64,000 nt of DNA from an uncultured Spirochaetales bacterium (GCA_964567895.1 CAZMOX010000002.1:6307-70306), one strand, 5' to 3'; shown: positions 20,100 through 30,389, counted from the stretch's first letter. Notes: generated by a model from the sequence alone, not told the origin. Made by a program: numbers and translations.

Positions 20100-21489
20100 G
20101 CAAGTGTATCTCTAACGGAACTGAGGGAAACCCGAGTTCTTTACGAATATTATTTGTAAGATATTGGAGATAACCTTTTGGAAAGCCCTTTAAATGATTA
20201 ACAAAAAGTAAAAAGTAGACCGGTTTTGTACTTGTTTGGGTTCCATAGAGGATTTTGTAGTACATACCTGTTCCCCGGGGAATTTCATACCTTTCCAACC
20301 AGCCTTTTAGAGCCTGATTGAATTTTCCGGTTTCCACACGTTTATTCAACTGTTTCCAGACACCCCAAACGGTATCAAGGAGTTTATCCATACCCTCACC
20401 GGTTTTTGCAGACAACGGTACGATCGGAGCAAACCCAAGGATAGGAAAGAGAAACCGCGTCCGATCCGTAATGGCCTCAAGCTGGTTTGGAACATGTTTT
20501 ATCAGATCCCACTTATTAAGAACCAGAACAACACCCTTCCCTTTTTGGACAATAAGATTGGCAATTTTCTTATCCTGTTCAGAAAGTCCTTCCACCGAAT
20601 CAATCATAATAAGGACTATATCTGATTCATCTATGGTACTGATGGCACGGTTGACTGAGTAATACTCAACGTTTTCTCCGACTTTTTTCTTCTTTCTGAT
20701 TCCTGCCGTATCAAGGACAATATAATCACTTCCCTTATAGGAAAAATTACCGGTAACAACATCCCGGGTGGTTCCCGGAATTTCACTTACAATTGAGGAC
20801 TCAATCCCGGTAAGCTGATTGGTAAGTGTGGATTTACCGGTATTCGGTTTACCCATAATTGCTATTCTTATCTCAGTTTCGATCTCTTCCTCTTCCTCTT
20901 CACCTTCCGGCTTTTCATCAAATCTATCTAAATTTACCGTAAGATTCATTTTTTCAAGGAGAGTCTCTTCCAGCTCCTCAACCCCCAACCCATGGGCTGA
21001 CGAAATTCCTAATACATCCTTAATTCCATAAGAGTAGAATTCCCAAATTTGATCCTCTCTTCCGGGGTTGTCGACTTTATTTACCACTAAAATAATTTTT
21101 TTTACGTAGGGTCGAAGTGCCTCAATAAGTGTCTGATCCTCAGGTGTGACTTCAGTTATATCGAGCATGAGCAGTATAATATCCGCCTTTTTAAGGACAG
21201 CATAACTTTTTTCTGTGACCAGGTAATCCAATCCTTCCTGATCAAGCTTTAATCCGCCTGTATCCGCCAGCATTACGGGATTTCCTTCGAGATCCCACTT
21301 CTCAAATATTGGGTCACGTGTAACTCCAGGCGTTGGATCTGTGATAGCTCTTCTTTTTCTTATAAGCCGATTAAAAAGTGTGGACTTTCCTACATTCGGA
21401 CGTCCTATTATTGCAACTAATGGTACCTTGATTTTAGGTACTGAAGAAATCGAATCGTTCATTTGACCATTCCCTGACATATTCGTCAA
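20077..21489 (-). CDS. der: Ribosome-biogenesis GTPase Der (EngA). The start is likely one of the downstream Met codons.
   Basis: Two GTPase domains (GRPNVGKSTLFNRL and GKPNTGKSTLTNQL) plus a KH-like C-terminus. Confidence 0.9.
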   Translation of the reverse strand: MTNMSGNGQMNDSISSVPKIKVPLVAIIGRPNVGKSTLFNRLIRKRRAITDPTPGVTRDPIFEKWDLEGNPVMLADTGGLKLDQEGLDYLVTEKSYAVLKKADIILLMLDITEVTPEDQTLIEALRPYVKKIILVVNKVDNPGREDQIWEFYSYGIKDVLGISSAHGLGVEELEETLLEKMNLTVNLDRFDEKPEGEEEEEEIETEIRIAIMGKPNTGKSTLTNQLTGIESSIVSEIPGTTRDVVTGNFSYKGSDYIVLDTAGIRKKKKVGENVEYYSVNRAISTIDESDIVLIMIDSVEGLSEQDKKIANLIVQKGKGVVLVLNKWDLIKHVPNQLEAITDRTRFLFPILGFAPIVPLSAKTGEGMDKLLDTVWGVWKQLNKRVETGKFNQALKGWLERYEIPRGTGMYYKILYGTQTSTKPVYFLLFVNHLKGFPKGYLQYLTNNIRKELGFPSVPLEIHLRERKRRG

Positions 21490-23179
21490 TTTTTGTACAT
21501 GAATCCATTTTCATGATTGTCGCCGCTAATTCCCTAGCCTCCACAATGGTAACTGACCGGATAATTTTCTTAACTTCAAGAACAGCGGTGGGACTCATGC
21601 TGAATTCATCAAGTCCCAACCCCAGTAGAAGTACGGTAGAAATGGGATCTGAAGCCATCTCACCGCACATGGCAACCGGTATTCCAGCTTTATGCCCATT
21701 ATCAATTATCATCTTGAGAAACCGCAGCACTCCAGGATGAAAGGGTTGATAGAGGTAGGCAATTTTCTCATTACCCCTATCAACAGCAATGGTATACTGG
21801 ATTAGGTCATTTGTCCCAATTGACAGGAAATCTACTTTTCTTGCTATGATATCAGATATAAGCGCTGCAGAAGGAACTTCAATCATGGATCCTATTTGAA
21901 TATTTTCATCAAAAGGAATTTTTTCGCGTCTGCAGTCCTCTTTTACCTCTTCCAGAACCTGAAGTACGCTTTCAAGCTCTTCTCCCCCGCTTATCATAGG
22001 AAACATGATTTTCAGGCTGCCGAATACAGAGGCTCGGAGCATTGCCCTCAGCTGTATTCTGAATATATCTGTATGGGAGAGACAAAAGCGCACTGCTCTC
22101 CATCCCAAAATAGGATTTTCTTCATCAAAATCTTCCATTCCAGGGATAACCTTATCACCGCCGACATCAATTGTTCTGATTGTGACAGAACCTTTCCCTT
22201 TCATGTGTTTAAGCACATAGGCATATGCATCAAACTGCTCTTCCCCTGAAGCAACACCACCAGGCCGCAAAAAAAGAAATTCAGAACGATAAAGGCCAAT
22301 CCCGCTTGCCCCATGGGCAATTGTTGAGGCTACCTCTTCCGGTATCTCAATATTTGTTTTGAGCAAAACCCTGTGCCCATCTGTGGTCTCTGCAGGCAGT
22401 TTGTGAAGCAGCAATAAATCCTGCTCATGCTTAACCCATTTATCCTGCCGTAATTTATAGTCATCTACCGTATTCCTACCAGGTCGTAGTATTACGGTGC
22501 CCTGATTTCCATCAATAATTAAGGTATTACCATTCCTGACTTTTTTTGTCACGGTAGAGAGACCAAGAACCGCAGGAATCTCAAACGATCTTGCCAGGAT
22601 CGCTGTATGCGATGTTTTTCCTCCGGCATCAAGCACTATTCCCTTAATATATTTTTTATTCATGGTAAGCACTTCTGAAGGAAGCAGCGTCTGAGCTACT
22701 AAAATAACTTCTTCTTCAATATCTACCAGTGAAGTGCGCTCAATATACATTAAGTGATGTAAGATTCTACTCTGAATATCTATCAGGTCAACAACCCGCT
22801 CATTCAAGTATTCATCATCAGCATCTTCCAGGTTTTTTGTCATCCTGGAAATGGTATCTTCCACGATATGTTCAGCATTCTTACCCTCTTCAGCTATCCC
22901 CTGGGTTATCTGGCTTTTCAAATCCGGATCTTCGATCATCATTAAATGAGTTTCGATTATTTCAAGATCTTTTTTCCCGGCAGTCTCCCGGGTTTTTTCG
23001 ACAAGCTCTTCAAGATCAAGCTTCACCTTGTAGATTGCATTATTAAATCGTGTTATCTCACCTGCAACCTCTTCCTCATCAATAGAGTAAGACGGCACAG
23101 TAAGTGTCTGGATTGAGTAGAGAAATACTTTTCCTATTGATATCCCGGGTGAGGCGGGAATACCCTTCATTATTCGCAT
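21434..23179 (-). CDS. ptsI: Phosphoenolpyruvate-protein phosphotransferase (PTS Enzyme I)
   Basis: GGKTSHTAILARSFEIPAVLG phospho-His region, PEP-utilizing C-terminal barrel with NDLIQY. 581 aa. Confidence 0.8.
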   Translation of the reverse strand: MRIMKGIPASPGISIGKVFLYSIQTLTVPSYSIDEEEVAGEITRFNNAIYKVKLDLEELVEKTRETAGKKDLEIIETHLMMIEDPDLKSQITQGIAEEGKNAEHIVEDTISRMTKNLEDADDEYLNERVVDLIDIQSRILHHLMYIERTSLVDIEEEVILVAQTLLPSEVLTMNKKYIKGIVLDAGGKTSHTAILARSFEIPAVLGLSTVTKKVRNGNTLIIDGNQGTVILRPGRNTVDDYKLRQDKWVKHEQDLLLLHKLPAETTDGHRVLLKTNIEIPEEVASTIAHGASGIGLYRSEFLFLRPGGVASGEEQFDAYAYVLKHMKGKGSVTIRTIDVGGDKVIPGMEDFDEENPILGWRAVRFCLSHTDIFRIQLRAMLRASVFGSLKIMFPMISGGEELESVLQVLEEVKEDCRREKIPFDENIQIGSMIEVPSAALISDIIARKVDFLSIGTNDLIQYTIAVDRGNEKIAYLYQPFHPGVLRFLKMIIDNGHKAGIPVAMCGEMASDPISTVLLLGLGLDEFSMSPTAVLEVKKIIRSVTIVEARELAATIMKMDSCTKIDEYVREWSNERFDFFST

Positions 23180-23256
23180 AGTATAAACACTATAAGGAGT
23201 TTTATCTCTGATGTCAAATCTGATTTCTTACGGTTATCATAGACATCCGCGTTCAC

Positions 23257-23898
23257 TTGAGGTACTCTGTTTCTATGCAAAATCATGATTCTAAAGAAGC
23301 CAGACAGGGAATACCTCTTATAATGTGGCTTCTTCTTATAGTAGTTATAGCAGGAAGTTTTCTCTATAGTCTACCAAAAATAATACGGAATTATCGGGAA
23401 TCAGGTCTGGCAGATACGGTCTCTGCATATAGAAGCAGAGAATCTGACACTGAAGCTGTTCAAACTGAAACTGCTCAAATCTATTTTGTTCTGCAGGATG
23501 TTAACACACATGAACTTATCTGTGATGCTGTTTCTGTTACTGTATCCTCTCCGGTAAACCTGAACAGCCTTCTGGAACTCCTTATAGCTGGACCGGACTT
23601 ATCTGTACTCTCCAAAGGATTCATCTCTTTTATTCCGGAAAGCACAAAACTTCTCGGCAGCAGAATTGTTAACCATGCTGCATATATTGACCTCTCTACC
23701 GATTTTTATACTGATAGCAATTCCAATCCTCAAGCCGCAGAGCTGGCCGTACGTCAAATTATCAAGACAGCTCTTTCTTACGAATTAGTAGAGGATGTTA
23801 TTATATTGATTGATGGTGAGTCATATATTAGTTCCCGGAGCACTAGTTCAAGTTTTTCTCCATACAAAAAATCTCCAGGACGACGTTTTTCATCATGA
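23257..23898 (+). CDS. Hypothetical membrane-anchored protein (single N-terminal TM; possible GerMN-like domain). The 3' end overlaps tlyA convergently.
   Basis: TM IPLIMWLLLIVVIAGSFLY. No recognisable catalytic motif. Low-complexity S-rich tail. Confidence 0.45.
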   Translation: MRYSVSMQNHDSKEARQGIPLIMWLLLIVVIAGSFLYSLPKIIRNYRESGLADTVSAYRSRESDTEAVQTETAQIYFVLQDVNTHELICDAVSVTVSSPVNLNSLLELLIAGPDLSVLSKGFISFIPESTKLLGSRIVNHAAYIDLSTDFYTDSNSNPQAAELAVRQIIKTALSYELVEDVIILIDGESYISSRSTSSSFSPYKKSPGRRFSS

Positions 23899-24614
23899 AT
23901 AAGTGCCAGAAATTCTCTGTTTCCTTTTCTTCCCAGGATTGGTGAAGCAACTATGCGAACCACGCCCGCTCCTTCCTCAGAAAGCTCGCTGCAGGTTGCG
24001 GTAAGTATTTCAAAAAGTAGTTCATTATTTGAGACTATCCCATTAAAATCCTGAATATAGCTATCAATTTCAAACTGCGGTTTAATCAGTGCAATCATCC
24101 ATGCTTCCCGGGTTAAAGAGAGAATTTTTTCAGCTGCTCCCCGTATTGAACGAAATGATAAATCGGCAACAGCCGCATGTGGGCGCGGATCCAGTTCACC
24201 AACCTCCATAATATTGGTTCGTTCCATAACAACTACTTTCGGGTGTGTCCGCAGGCTGTAGTCCAGTTGGTTATAGCCTACATCAACTGCATAGACCCTG
24301 AGCGCCCCCTCCTGCAAAAGGCAATCGGTAAAGCCGCCGGTTGAGGAACCAGCATCAATCATGATTTTTTCAGCAGGAGAAATCCCCCACTCCAGAAGAG
24401 CATGATTTAATTTGACGCCACCTCTTGAAACATACTTATCCCGCACAATTTCCAGCACAGCCGTTATTGGCACACGTTCTTTTGGATTAGCTATCCGGCC
24501 TCCGTTTACAGAGACTTCCCTGCATAGTATATAGGAGTAGAGTCTCTCTTTTGGAATATCCGGGTATTTTTTAAACAGCAGCTCAAGGAGAGGCAGGGAC
24601 TTTCGGGCTTGCAT
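23778..24614 (-). CDS. tlyA: TlyA-family hemolysin / rRNA 2'-O-methyltransferase (S4 domain + FtsJ methylase)
   Basis: S4-like N-terminus, IDAGSSTGGFTDCLLQEGA SAM motif, FtsJ-type fold pattern. Confidence 0.8.
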   Translation of the reverse strand: MQARKSLPLLELLFKKYPDIPKERLYSYILCREVSVNGGRIANPKERVPITAVLEIVRDKYVSRGGVKLNHALLEWGISPAEKIMIDAGSSTGGFTDCLLQEGALRVYAVDVGYNQLDYSLRTHPKVVVMERTNIMEVGELDPRPHAAVADLSFRSIRGAAEKILSLTREAWMIALIKPQFEIDSYIQDFNGIVSNNELLFEILTATCSELSEEGAGVVRIVASPILGRKGNREFLALIHDEKRRPGDFLYGEKLELVLRELIYDSPSINIITSSTNS

Positions 24615-24848
24615 AATTTATATTGAACCTATCATAACTTGTAATCCCATATCACTACCCATTCTCCTGATTGATTCCAGATCCTGTTTCTTAAGGGATT
24701 TTACCTCATCAAACTTATATTGCATACCTAATCCCGGTATTACAGGAATCCTCACAATCACATTTATATTCGATTCATTCAGCCGGTTTCATTATTTTAA
24801 ATCACACATTGTCATTTGTCAAATATTCGGCAATATGTAATCTAATTA

Positions 24849-26261
24849 CTAGTGAGTTAATGGCTCGAAAGATTTCATTTCGGGTCCATTCACCATTTTT
24901 TCGTTTATATATACATCAGATCTGAATTGGGCTATTCTCTCCGCGGAAGACGCATTATGAGCCGCCTGCTCCAGCGTTGTATCTCCTGTTGAAATTACAC
25001 CGTACCCTGCAACAACACAGCAGCCTTTATATTTTCTTAACATATCCAGTATCGGGTTTTCCGGGCTCCGGTTATTCAGTTGATACAAGTCAACAAGACC
25101 CAGCCTTGGGTTAAGATAAATTGCTTCTGCATCAATAGGTGCTATGACCGGATGATTATCCGGTTCGTAAGGAATATCTATTTTCTCGCCTGCCAGCACC
25201 CCCTCTCCATATTTTTCTGCCAGTATTACCATACCTTCAGCTACAGCCATTGGGTTTGTAGTAATCATACAGGCATTCTGAATAGTATTCCGGTAAATAA
25301 GTTTATGCAGAAACAAATCAACCGGGTCTTCATCCCTGAACTCCAGGTCAACCCTCAGAAGAGGAAAATCCATCCCATCAGGAACGGCAGACATCGGGCA
25401 GTATATCATCTCATTTGCAGCTGTTTTCTGACTCATTGAACCAGTTCCATATGCCCCGATTTGAATTCTATAGTTATAGCTGAGTCTTTCTGAAAAATCG
25501 GAGACCATAATTTTATCTTCTACATCCCTTCTGCCCAGTATTGATTCATCAAGAAGATGCGGTGTAACAGGAAAGAAGCTCTCCCTGCCGAGCTCATGTA
25601 TCCTGCGCTGGGCAGGAACAATGGGGAATCCTCTGCGTCTTACATACAGAGCCAAAGTTGCACTGTGCTCCAGTGTACTAAGTCTATAGAGACAATCCTC
25701 AAGGGATGACCCTCTGGCAAAGGGGCCATGCCCGCGGACAATTGTCAGGTGATTCTCTTTCAGATATTCAGGAAGTCTCTCCTCCATCTCAGGAGACCCT
25801 ACCGGTTGTTCATAACTTCCTACCTGCACAGAGCCTACAACATGGCTTCCAAAGAGATCTATCGGTGAAAACCGGAATTCCTCCCTGCCTTTCTTATCCA
25901 ATCCCAAATATTCCAGAAAAATTTCTTTATCTTTCTGATCAAAAGAAATTATAGTAGTGTTCATAAAATGCCCGTGGATAACGGCACGTATTCCTTCAAT
26001 CTTCAATAGTTTCCTATGAATAGTGGATTCTGTAGACCCCCTGGCATCTCCCCAGCCAACATCAGAAAATCGGATCGGCACGATATCCCGCGATACCAGA
26101 CTACCAATCTGAGAACCACTGGATGTTATATAAAAATAATCATTATCATCAGAGTCACGTTGGGAAATGTTCCCGCTATGCGTGTTATTTGCATTAACTA
26201 CTCCCAGGGCATTACCCAACCGTTTGAAGTCTGCATAGATTTTCTCCTGTTTGCTGTTCAT
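24849..26261 (-). CDS. Tandem class II aldolase/adducin-domain protein. The first domain is intact; the second domain lacks the HxH metal ligands.
   Basis: Domain 1: NTHSGNIS, E...AVIHGHF, IVRGHGPFARGSSLEDCLYRLSTLE. Domain 2: GSMSQK, ...NACMITTNPMAVA (no His pair), VVAGYGVISTGDTTLEQAAHN. Confidence 0.7.
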   Translation of the reverse strand: MNSKQEKIYADFKRLGNALGVVNANNTHSGNISQRDSDDNDYFYITSSGSQIGSLVSRDIVPIRFSDVGWGDARGSTESTIHRKLLKIEGIRAVIHGHFMNTTIISFDQKDKEIFLEYLGLDKKGREEFRFSPIDLFGSHVVGSVQVGSYEQPVGSPEMEERLPEYLKENHLTIVRGHGPFARGSSLEDCLYRLSTLEHSATLALYVRRRGFPIVPAQRRIHELGRESFFPVTPHLLDESILGRRDVEDKIMVSDFSERLSYNYRIQIGAYGTGSMSQKTAANEMIYCPMSAVPDGMDFPLLRVDLEFRDEDPVDLFLHKLIYRNTIQNACMITTNPMAVAEGMVILAEKYGEGVLAGEKIDIPYEPDNHPVIAPIDAEAIYLNPRLGLVDLYQLNNRSPENPILDMLRKYKGCCVVAGYGVISTGDTTLEQAAHNASSAERIAQFRSDVYINEKMVNGPEMKSFEPLTH

Positions 26262-28288
26262 GTTGTTACCTGCTCTTTCTGTACAAATTCTTCCATACCC
26301 AACCTTCTCAAGGTCTCATTCTCTGGTATGCCATTATCATTCCATCCCATAGCTCTATAGTATTCTTTATGCATTCTGCTAAACACTTCACGGTTACACA
26401 AAACATCTTCTCCCTCAACTTGGGTGGGAATTTTAAAGAATCTATCCGGAAGCCAGTCATCTTTATCAGTTTTCCCGCATCGGATATTAAACAGTCTCTC
26501 AAGAGATACCGTTCTCTGTGCAAACTGTAACAGTGAACCGGAACTTAAATTATCACCTGTTACAGCATTAATTATAGGAGCATATTCATCAAGGGAGATA
26601 GCAAATGAGCTGTACACACATACCCCTATGATATCAATAGCTGTACCTTTTAAAGTGGCATTTTTGGAGATCAGGGGTGTGCCTTCAATACGGTTTCCCG
26701 GCCACTCAGCATATCCTGCACAGTAGCTCAATGCAGCAGTATACCCTCCTTCCAGATGACAGCCACCCCGATTACTCATCTCATAACAGAGAGCCTGGCT
26801 GAAAGAAGTACGGGGGTCATAAGCCGGAAGTTCCTGCTTTTTAACAGTCATAGATAATTCCGAATGTCCATATCTCGTGCAAAAGCGATAGGATCCCATA
26901 GCCAGATACTTTCCAATACCTTCTCCATTTCCAATCAGCTTAACCAAATCAATAAGATACTCTTTATTTCCAAAACGGGGTTCTCCATAATTTTCAACAA
27001 AACTTCCAAGATCGCGTAGGAAAAGCTTTTCACCCTCTTCCAGATTCTCTTTACTGTCTGTGATAGAAGTATACATTTCCACAAATGATGCAATTGTTGA
27101 ACCTAGAGAAATGGTATCCATCCCATATCTGTTTGCAAGATAGTTCACTCTTGCTATGAGGGGAAGATCGTAAATTGACAGATTTGCACCCAAAAGAGCA
27201 ACTGTCTCAAATTCGGGTCCTTCACCCTTATCAATCACAACTCCACTACTATTCTTTACGGTAGTTACTCGTTTACAAGTAATCGGACAGTTATAACAGG
27301 TATCTTTTTTGACCTCTATGGTATCGGAATCCGAACTGGCTATTTGCGCGTAACTTCTTAATGCTTCCCCATCAATACGTTTGATGTCGGAAAGGTCGTG
27401 TTTTGTATCAATCATATTATTGTGGATAAGCTGATCAAAATTATTAACCATCCCTGCAAGACTCAGTGATCCCATCGAGGCCAAAGAACCATAGTGCTGC
27501 TCTTTTCTGGTAATTTTCCCTACATCCAGTTTAACCTTCGCCTTGTAGACCGAGCCGCTCTTATTTTTAATATCCAGCTCTTTTTCATTATTCACGTTGA
27601 TTTTACTATTTTTATCCGGTAAAACGGCAACTGCAATCAAATTCTTTGATCCGAAGACAGCTCCTGCCCCCCCTCTTCCAAAGGTACGGCCTTTATCACT
27701 CATTACATTTGCAAAAAGCGAGAGCTTTTTTCCTGCTTCACCGATACTCAGTACCTGCATTTTATCAGGCAGTTTTTCTTTAAAGTGCCTCTGAATCTCT
27801 TCAGAATTCATCTGCTCAAACTCAGCAGCATCTACTATTTCAGTAGAATTGTTTTTAATAATAAGGTAGACAGGTTTCTCCGACCTTCCTTCAATAATCA
27901 GCATATCATATCCGGTCCGTTTAAAATTAACCCCCCAATAACCACCGGAGTTAGCACTTCCATACCCTCCCGTTAGTGGAGATTTGAAATTCATATGAAC
28001 GCGGCCGGATGTGGGCATTCTCGTCGCTGTTGATGGGGCGGTAGAAATGATAACTACATTATCAGGGGAAAGCGAATCAACTTCTTTAAAAGAGTTTTCA
28101 TACCTGCCTGATGTATCAAGTTTCAGGAAATGCCGATACAAATAGGCAACCCCAAGTCCTCTGTTTCCATGAAAAAGATGTGCTATTTCCAGATCAAGTT
28201 TTTCTTCCCGTACTTCTTTGCTCCCAAGGTTTATAATCAGGATTTTTCCCATATATCCCCCGGGTAATTTCTTACTGTCATTCTCCAT
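26258..28288 (-). CDS. aor: Aldehyde:ferredoxin oxidoreductase family (tungstopterin enzyme)
   Basis: AOR N-terminal domain (GKILIINLGSKEVREEKLD). Fe-S ligand motif DTCYNCPITC (CxxCxxxC). 676 aa. Confidence 0.75.
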   Translation of the reverse strand: MENDSKKLPGGYMGKILIINLGSKEVREEKLDLEIAHLFHGNRGLGVAYLYRHFLKLDTSGRYENSFKEVDSLSPDNVVIISTAPSTATRMPTSGRVHMNFKSPLTGGYGSANSGGYWGVNFKRTGYDMLIIEGRSEKPVYLIIKNNSTEIVDAAEFEQMNSEEIQRHFKEKLPDKMQVLSIGEAGKKLSLFANVMSDKGRTFGRGGAGAVFGSKNLIAVAVLPDKNSKINVNNEKELDIKNKSGSVYKAKVKLDVGKITRKEQHYGSLASMGSLSLAGMVNNFDQLIHNNMIDTKHDLSDIKRIDGEALRSYAQIASSDSDTIEVKKDTCYNCPITCKRVTTVKNSSGVVIDKGEGPEFETVALLGANLSIYDLPLIARVNYLANRYGMDTISLGSTIASFVEMYTSITDSKENLEEGEKLFLRDLGSFVENYGEPRFGNKEYLIDLVKLIGNGEGIGKYLAMGSYRFCTRYGHSELSMTVKKQELPAYDPRTSFSQALCYEMSNRGGCHLEGGYTAALSYCAGYAEWPGNRIEGTPLISKNATLKGTAIDIIGVCVYSSFAISLDEYAPIINAVTGDNLSSGSLLQFAQRTVSLERLFNIRCGKTDKDDWLPDRFFKIPTQVEGEDVLCNREVFSRMHKEYYRAMGWNDNGIPENETLRRLGMEEFVQKEQVTT

Positions 28289-28332
28289 CTATCTATCCTT
28301 CTATTTTAATTTCCAGTTTGGTTCTCTTTTTT

Positions 28333-29730
28333 CTATAAAAGCTCTAACACCCTCTTCTGCATCTTCGGTACTGCAGAGATTTGCAAAAGATTTAGATCAG
28401 GCTGATTCCTTCTCAACTGAATACCTATATTACCCAGAGAAGTAGCTTCTTCGGGACCGGCAATTATATCCTTTCCGGTTAAGTTGGAGGTAATCTGATT
28501 CAGATTGCTATTTTTACAGCCACCGCCAACGATATGGATAACCTTGTGTTCTGTATCAGTAAGTTTCTCAATCTTTTCAATACTGTCCCGGTAGCTGCAG
28601 GCAAGAGATAGGTATACCGCTGCCAAAACCTCCTCAATAGTAAGGTTCCTGTTTGTATTGGCAGAAATAGCATCCGGCATATTTACCGGGTTAAAGAAAC
28701 TACTATCATTGGGATCGAATATCGGAATCTCACTTCTACAGCTGTTAGCCATACTGACTAACTCATCCCAGGAATATTTGTGCCCGCCTTTCTCCATCTC
28801 CTTTTTTATGTTTTGGAGAATATGCATGCCGGCAGAATTCTTCAAAAATGTTATTGTGCCTAAGGCTCCACCCTCATTTGCAAAGCCTTCTGTATATACA
28901 TCGGAATTGATAACTGGTTCTTCCAGCTCCGTCCCAATCAAAGACCAAGTACCCGAAGAGATAAAAAGGAATTTCTCTCTCTCTGCAGGAACTGAAACAA
29001 CCGCAGATGCCGTATCGTGAGAGGGAACACTGACAAATGGGCACACATTTATTTTTAGAAAATCTGCAATATCCAGTTTCAGATCTCCGTAAACATCTCC
29101 ATGCTTCGTGAGAGGAGGAAGGAGAGAATCGTTTAGATTGAAATGATTAATCACTTCAGAAGAGTAGGTCCAGTCTCTCATATTCAAAATCTGGGTAGTA
29201 CTTGCAATTGTTGGTTCTCCACAGATCCTGCCGGTAAAAAGCCAGGCTAACAGGTCGGGAATCAGGAGTAATTGCTTTGCTTCTTTATAATACTCCGGTA
29301 GATACTCCTTTATTCCAATAAGCTGATAGAGCGAATTCATTGAATGCTCAAGTATACCCGTTGCATTAAATAATTTTTCCTTTTCCTTTTGCGAAAGAGT
29401 ATTGAGAATGATCTCTCCAAAAGTGTTCCGATAGCACAGGGGGTTGCCTAAAAGCTGCTGAGATTCACCTAGGAGTCCGAAATCTATCCCCCAGGTTGAT
29501 ATTCCCACCGATTCCACCGGGCCAAATTCAAGATAGCATTTTTGAAGACCTCTTTGTAATTCACGGAAAATATACAAAATATCCCAGTAAAATATGCCAT
29601 TAACCTTCACCGCCTCATTTGGAACCTGGTGTACAAGCTCTGCTTTTATCCTCTCTCCATCAAAAAGTCCGGATAAAACCCGGATTGAAGAGTTCCCGCA
29701 ATCAAAGGCCACATAATTCTTTATTCCCAT
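28333..29730 (-). CDS. FGGY-family carbohydrate kinase, rhamnulokinase/fuculokinase-like
   Basis: N-terminus NYVAFDCGNSSIRVLSG resembles RhaB (VAVDLGASSGRVML). Two actin-like ATPase halves. 465 aa. Confidence 0.75.
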   Translation of the reverse strand: MGIKNYVAFDCGNSSIRVLSGLFDGERIKAELVHQVPNEAVKVNGIFYWDILYIFRELQRGLQKCYLEFGPVESVGISTWGIDFGLLGESQQLLGNPLCYRNTFGEIILNTLSQKEKEKLFNATGILEHSMNSLYQLIGIKEYLPEYYKEAKQLLLIPDLLAWLFTGRICGEPTIASTTQILNMRDWTYSSEVINHFNLNDSLLPPLTKHGDVYGDLKLDIADFLKINVCPFVSVPSHDTASAVVSVPAEREKFLFISSGTWSLIGTELEEPVINSDVYTEGFANEGGALGTITFLKNSAGMHILQNIKKEMEKGGHKYSWDELVSMANSCRSEIPIFDPNDSSFFNPVNMPDAISANTNRNLTIEEVLAAVYLSLACSYRDSIEKIEKLTDTEHKVIHIVGGGCKNSNLNQITSNLTGKDIIAGPEEATSLGNIGIQLRRNQPDLNLLQISAVPKMQKRVLELL

Positions 29731-30389
29731 TACTTTCCCTGCCCGTAACGATTACGGGCAAAATCCTGCATAGCTGCAATATCATCGGGATTAATAAGCC
29801 GTGGAGTCCTTCCCATTGATTGTGCAAGTATGTAAATGTGAGCAGTTTTCTCTACAACATGAATTGTCTTAAGCGTAGTTTCAAAATCTGCACCTACACA
29901 GATACTCCCATGATTGGGTATAATAACTGCATTTCTGTGCCCCAACCCTTTTACGACATTTACAGCCAGCTCCGGAGTGCCGGGAAGAGCATACTCACAA
30001 TTTATTATTTTATCCCCCACCAACTGAACAAAATCCTCGCCAATTCCCGGAATATCTTCATCGATAACTCCAAAAACACTTGAGTAGACGGGATGATAGT
30101 GCATTACACAATTAACATCTTTTCGGGCATTCATTATAGCAATATGAAAGTTGTATTCTATTGAAGGTTTTCGATGTCCATCGACAACTTCTCTTTCAGC
30201 ACTCATTACAACGACATCATCTTCCCGGATTTCAGGATAACGCATTCCACTTGGCTTGATATAAAACAGATTTGTTTCGGGATCTCTGATGCTCAGATTT
30301 CCCCAGGTTCCCACTGTTAATCCTTGTTTATATAATTTTAGCCCACCATCAACAATGGCTTGTTTTAGCTTTTTCTTTACTAATGACAA
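29730..30389 (-). CDS. Class II aldolase (L-fuculose-1-phosphate aldolase-like)
   Basis: GNLSIRDPE, E...HIAIMNARKDVNCVMHYHP (HxH), IIPNHGSICVGADFETTLKT. 219 aa. Confidence 0.8.
   Translation of the reverse strand: MSLVKKKLKQAIVDGGLKLYKQGLTVGTWGNLSIRDPETNLFYIKPSGMRYPEIREDDVVVMSAEREVVDGHRKPSIEYNFHIAIMNARKDVNCVMHYHPVYSSVFGVIDEDIPGIGEDFVQLVGDKIINCEYALPGTPELAVNVVKGLGHRNAVIIPNHGSICVGADFETTLKTIHVVEKTAHIYILAQSMGRTPRLINPDDIAAMQDFARNRYGQGK

Noticed and set aside
24615-24848. 234-bp gap between tlyA start and the catabolic operon end, checked for small ORFs or ncRNA
   Set aside because: No ORF with a plausible RBS, and no strong secondary structure or repeat. Treated as the tlyA promoter region.
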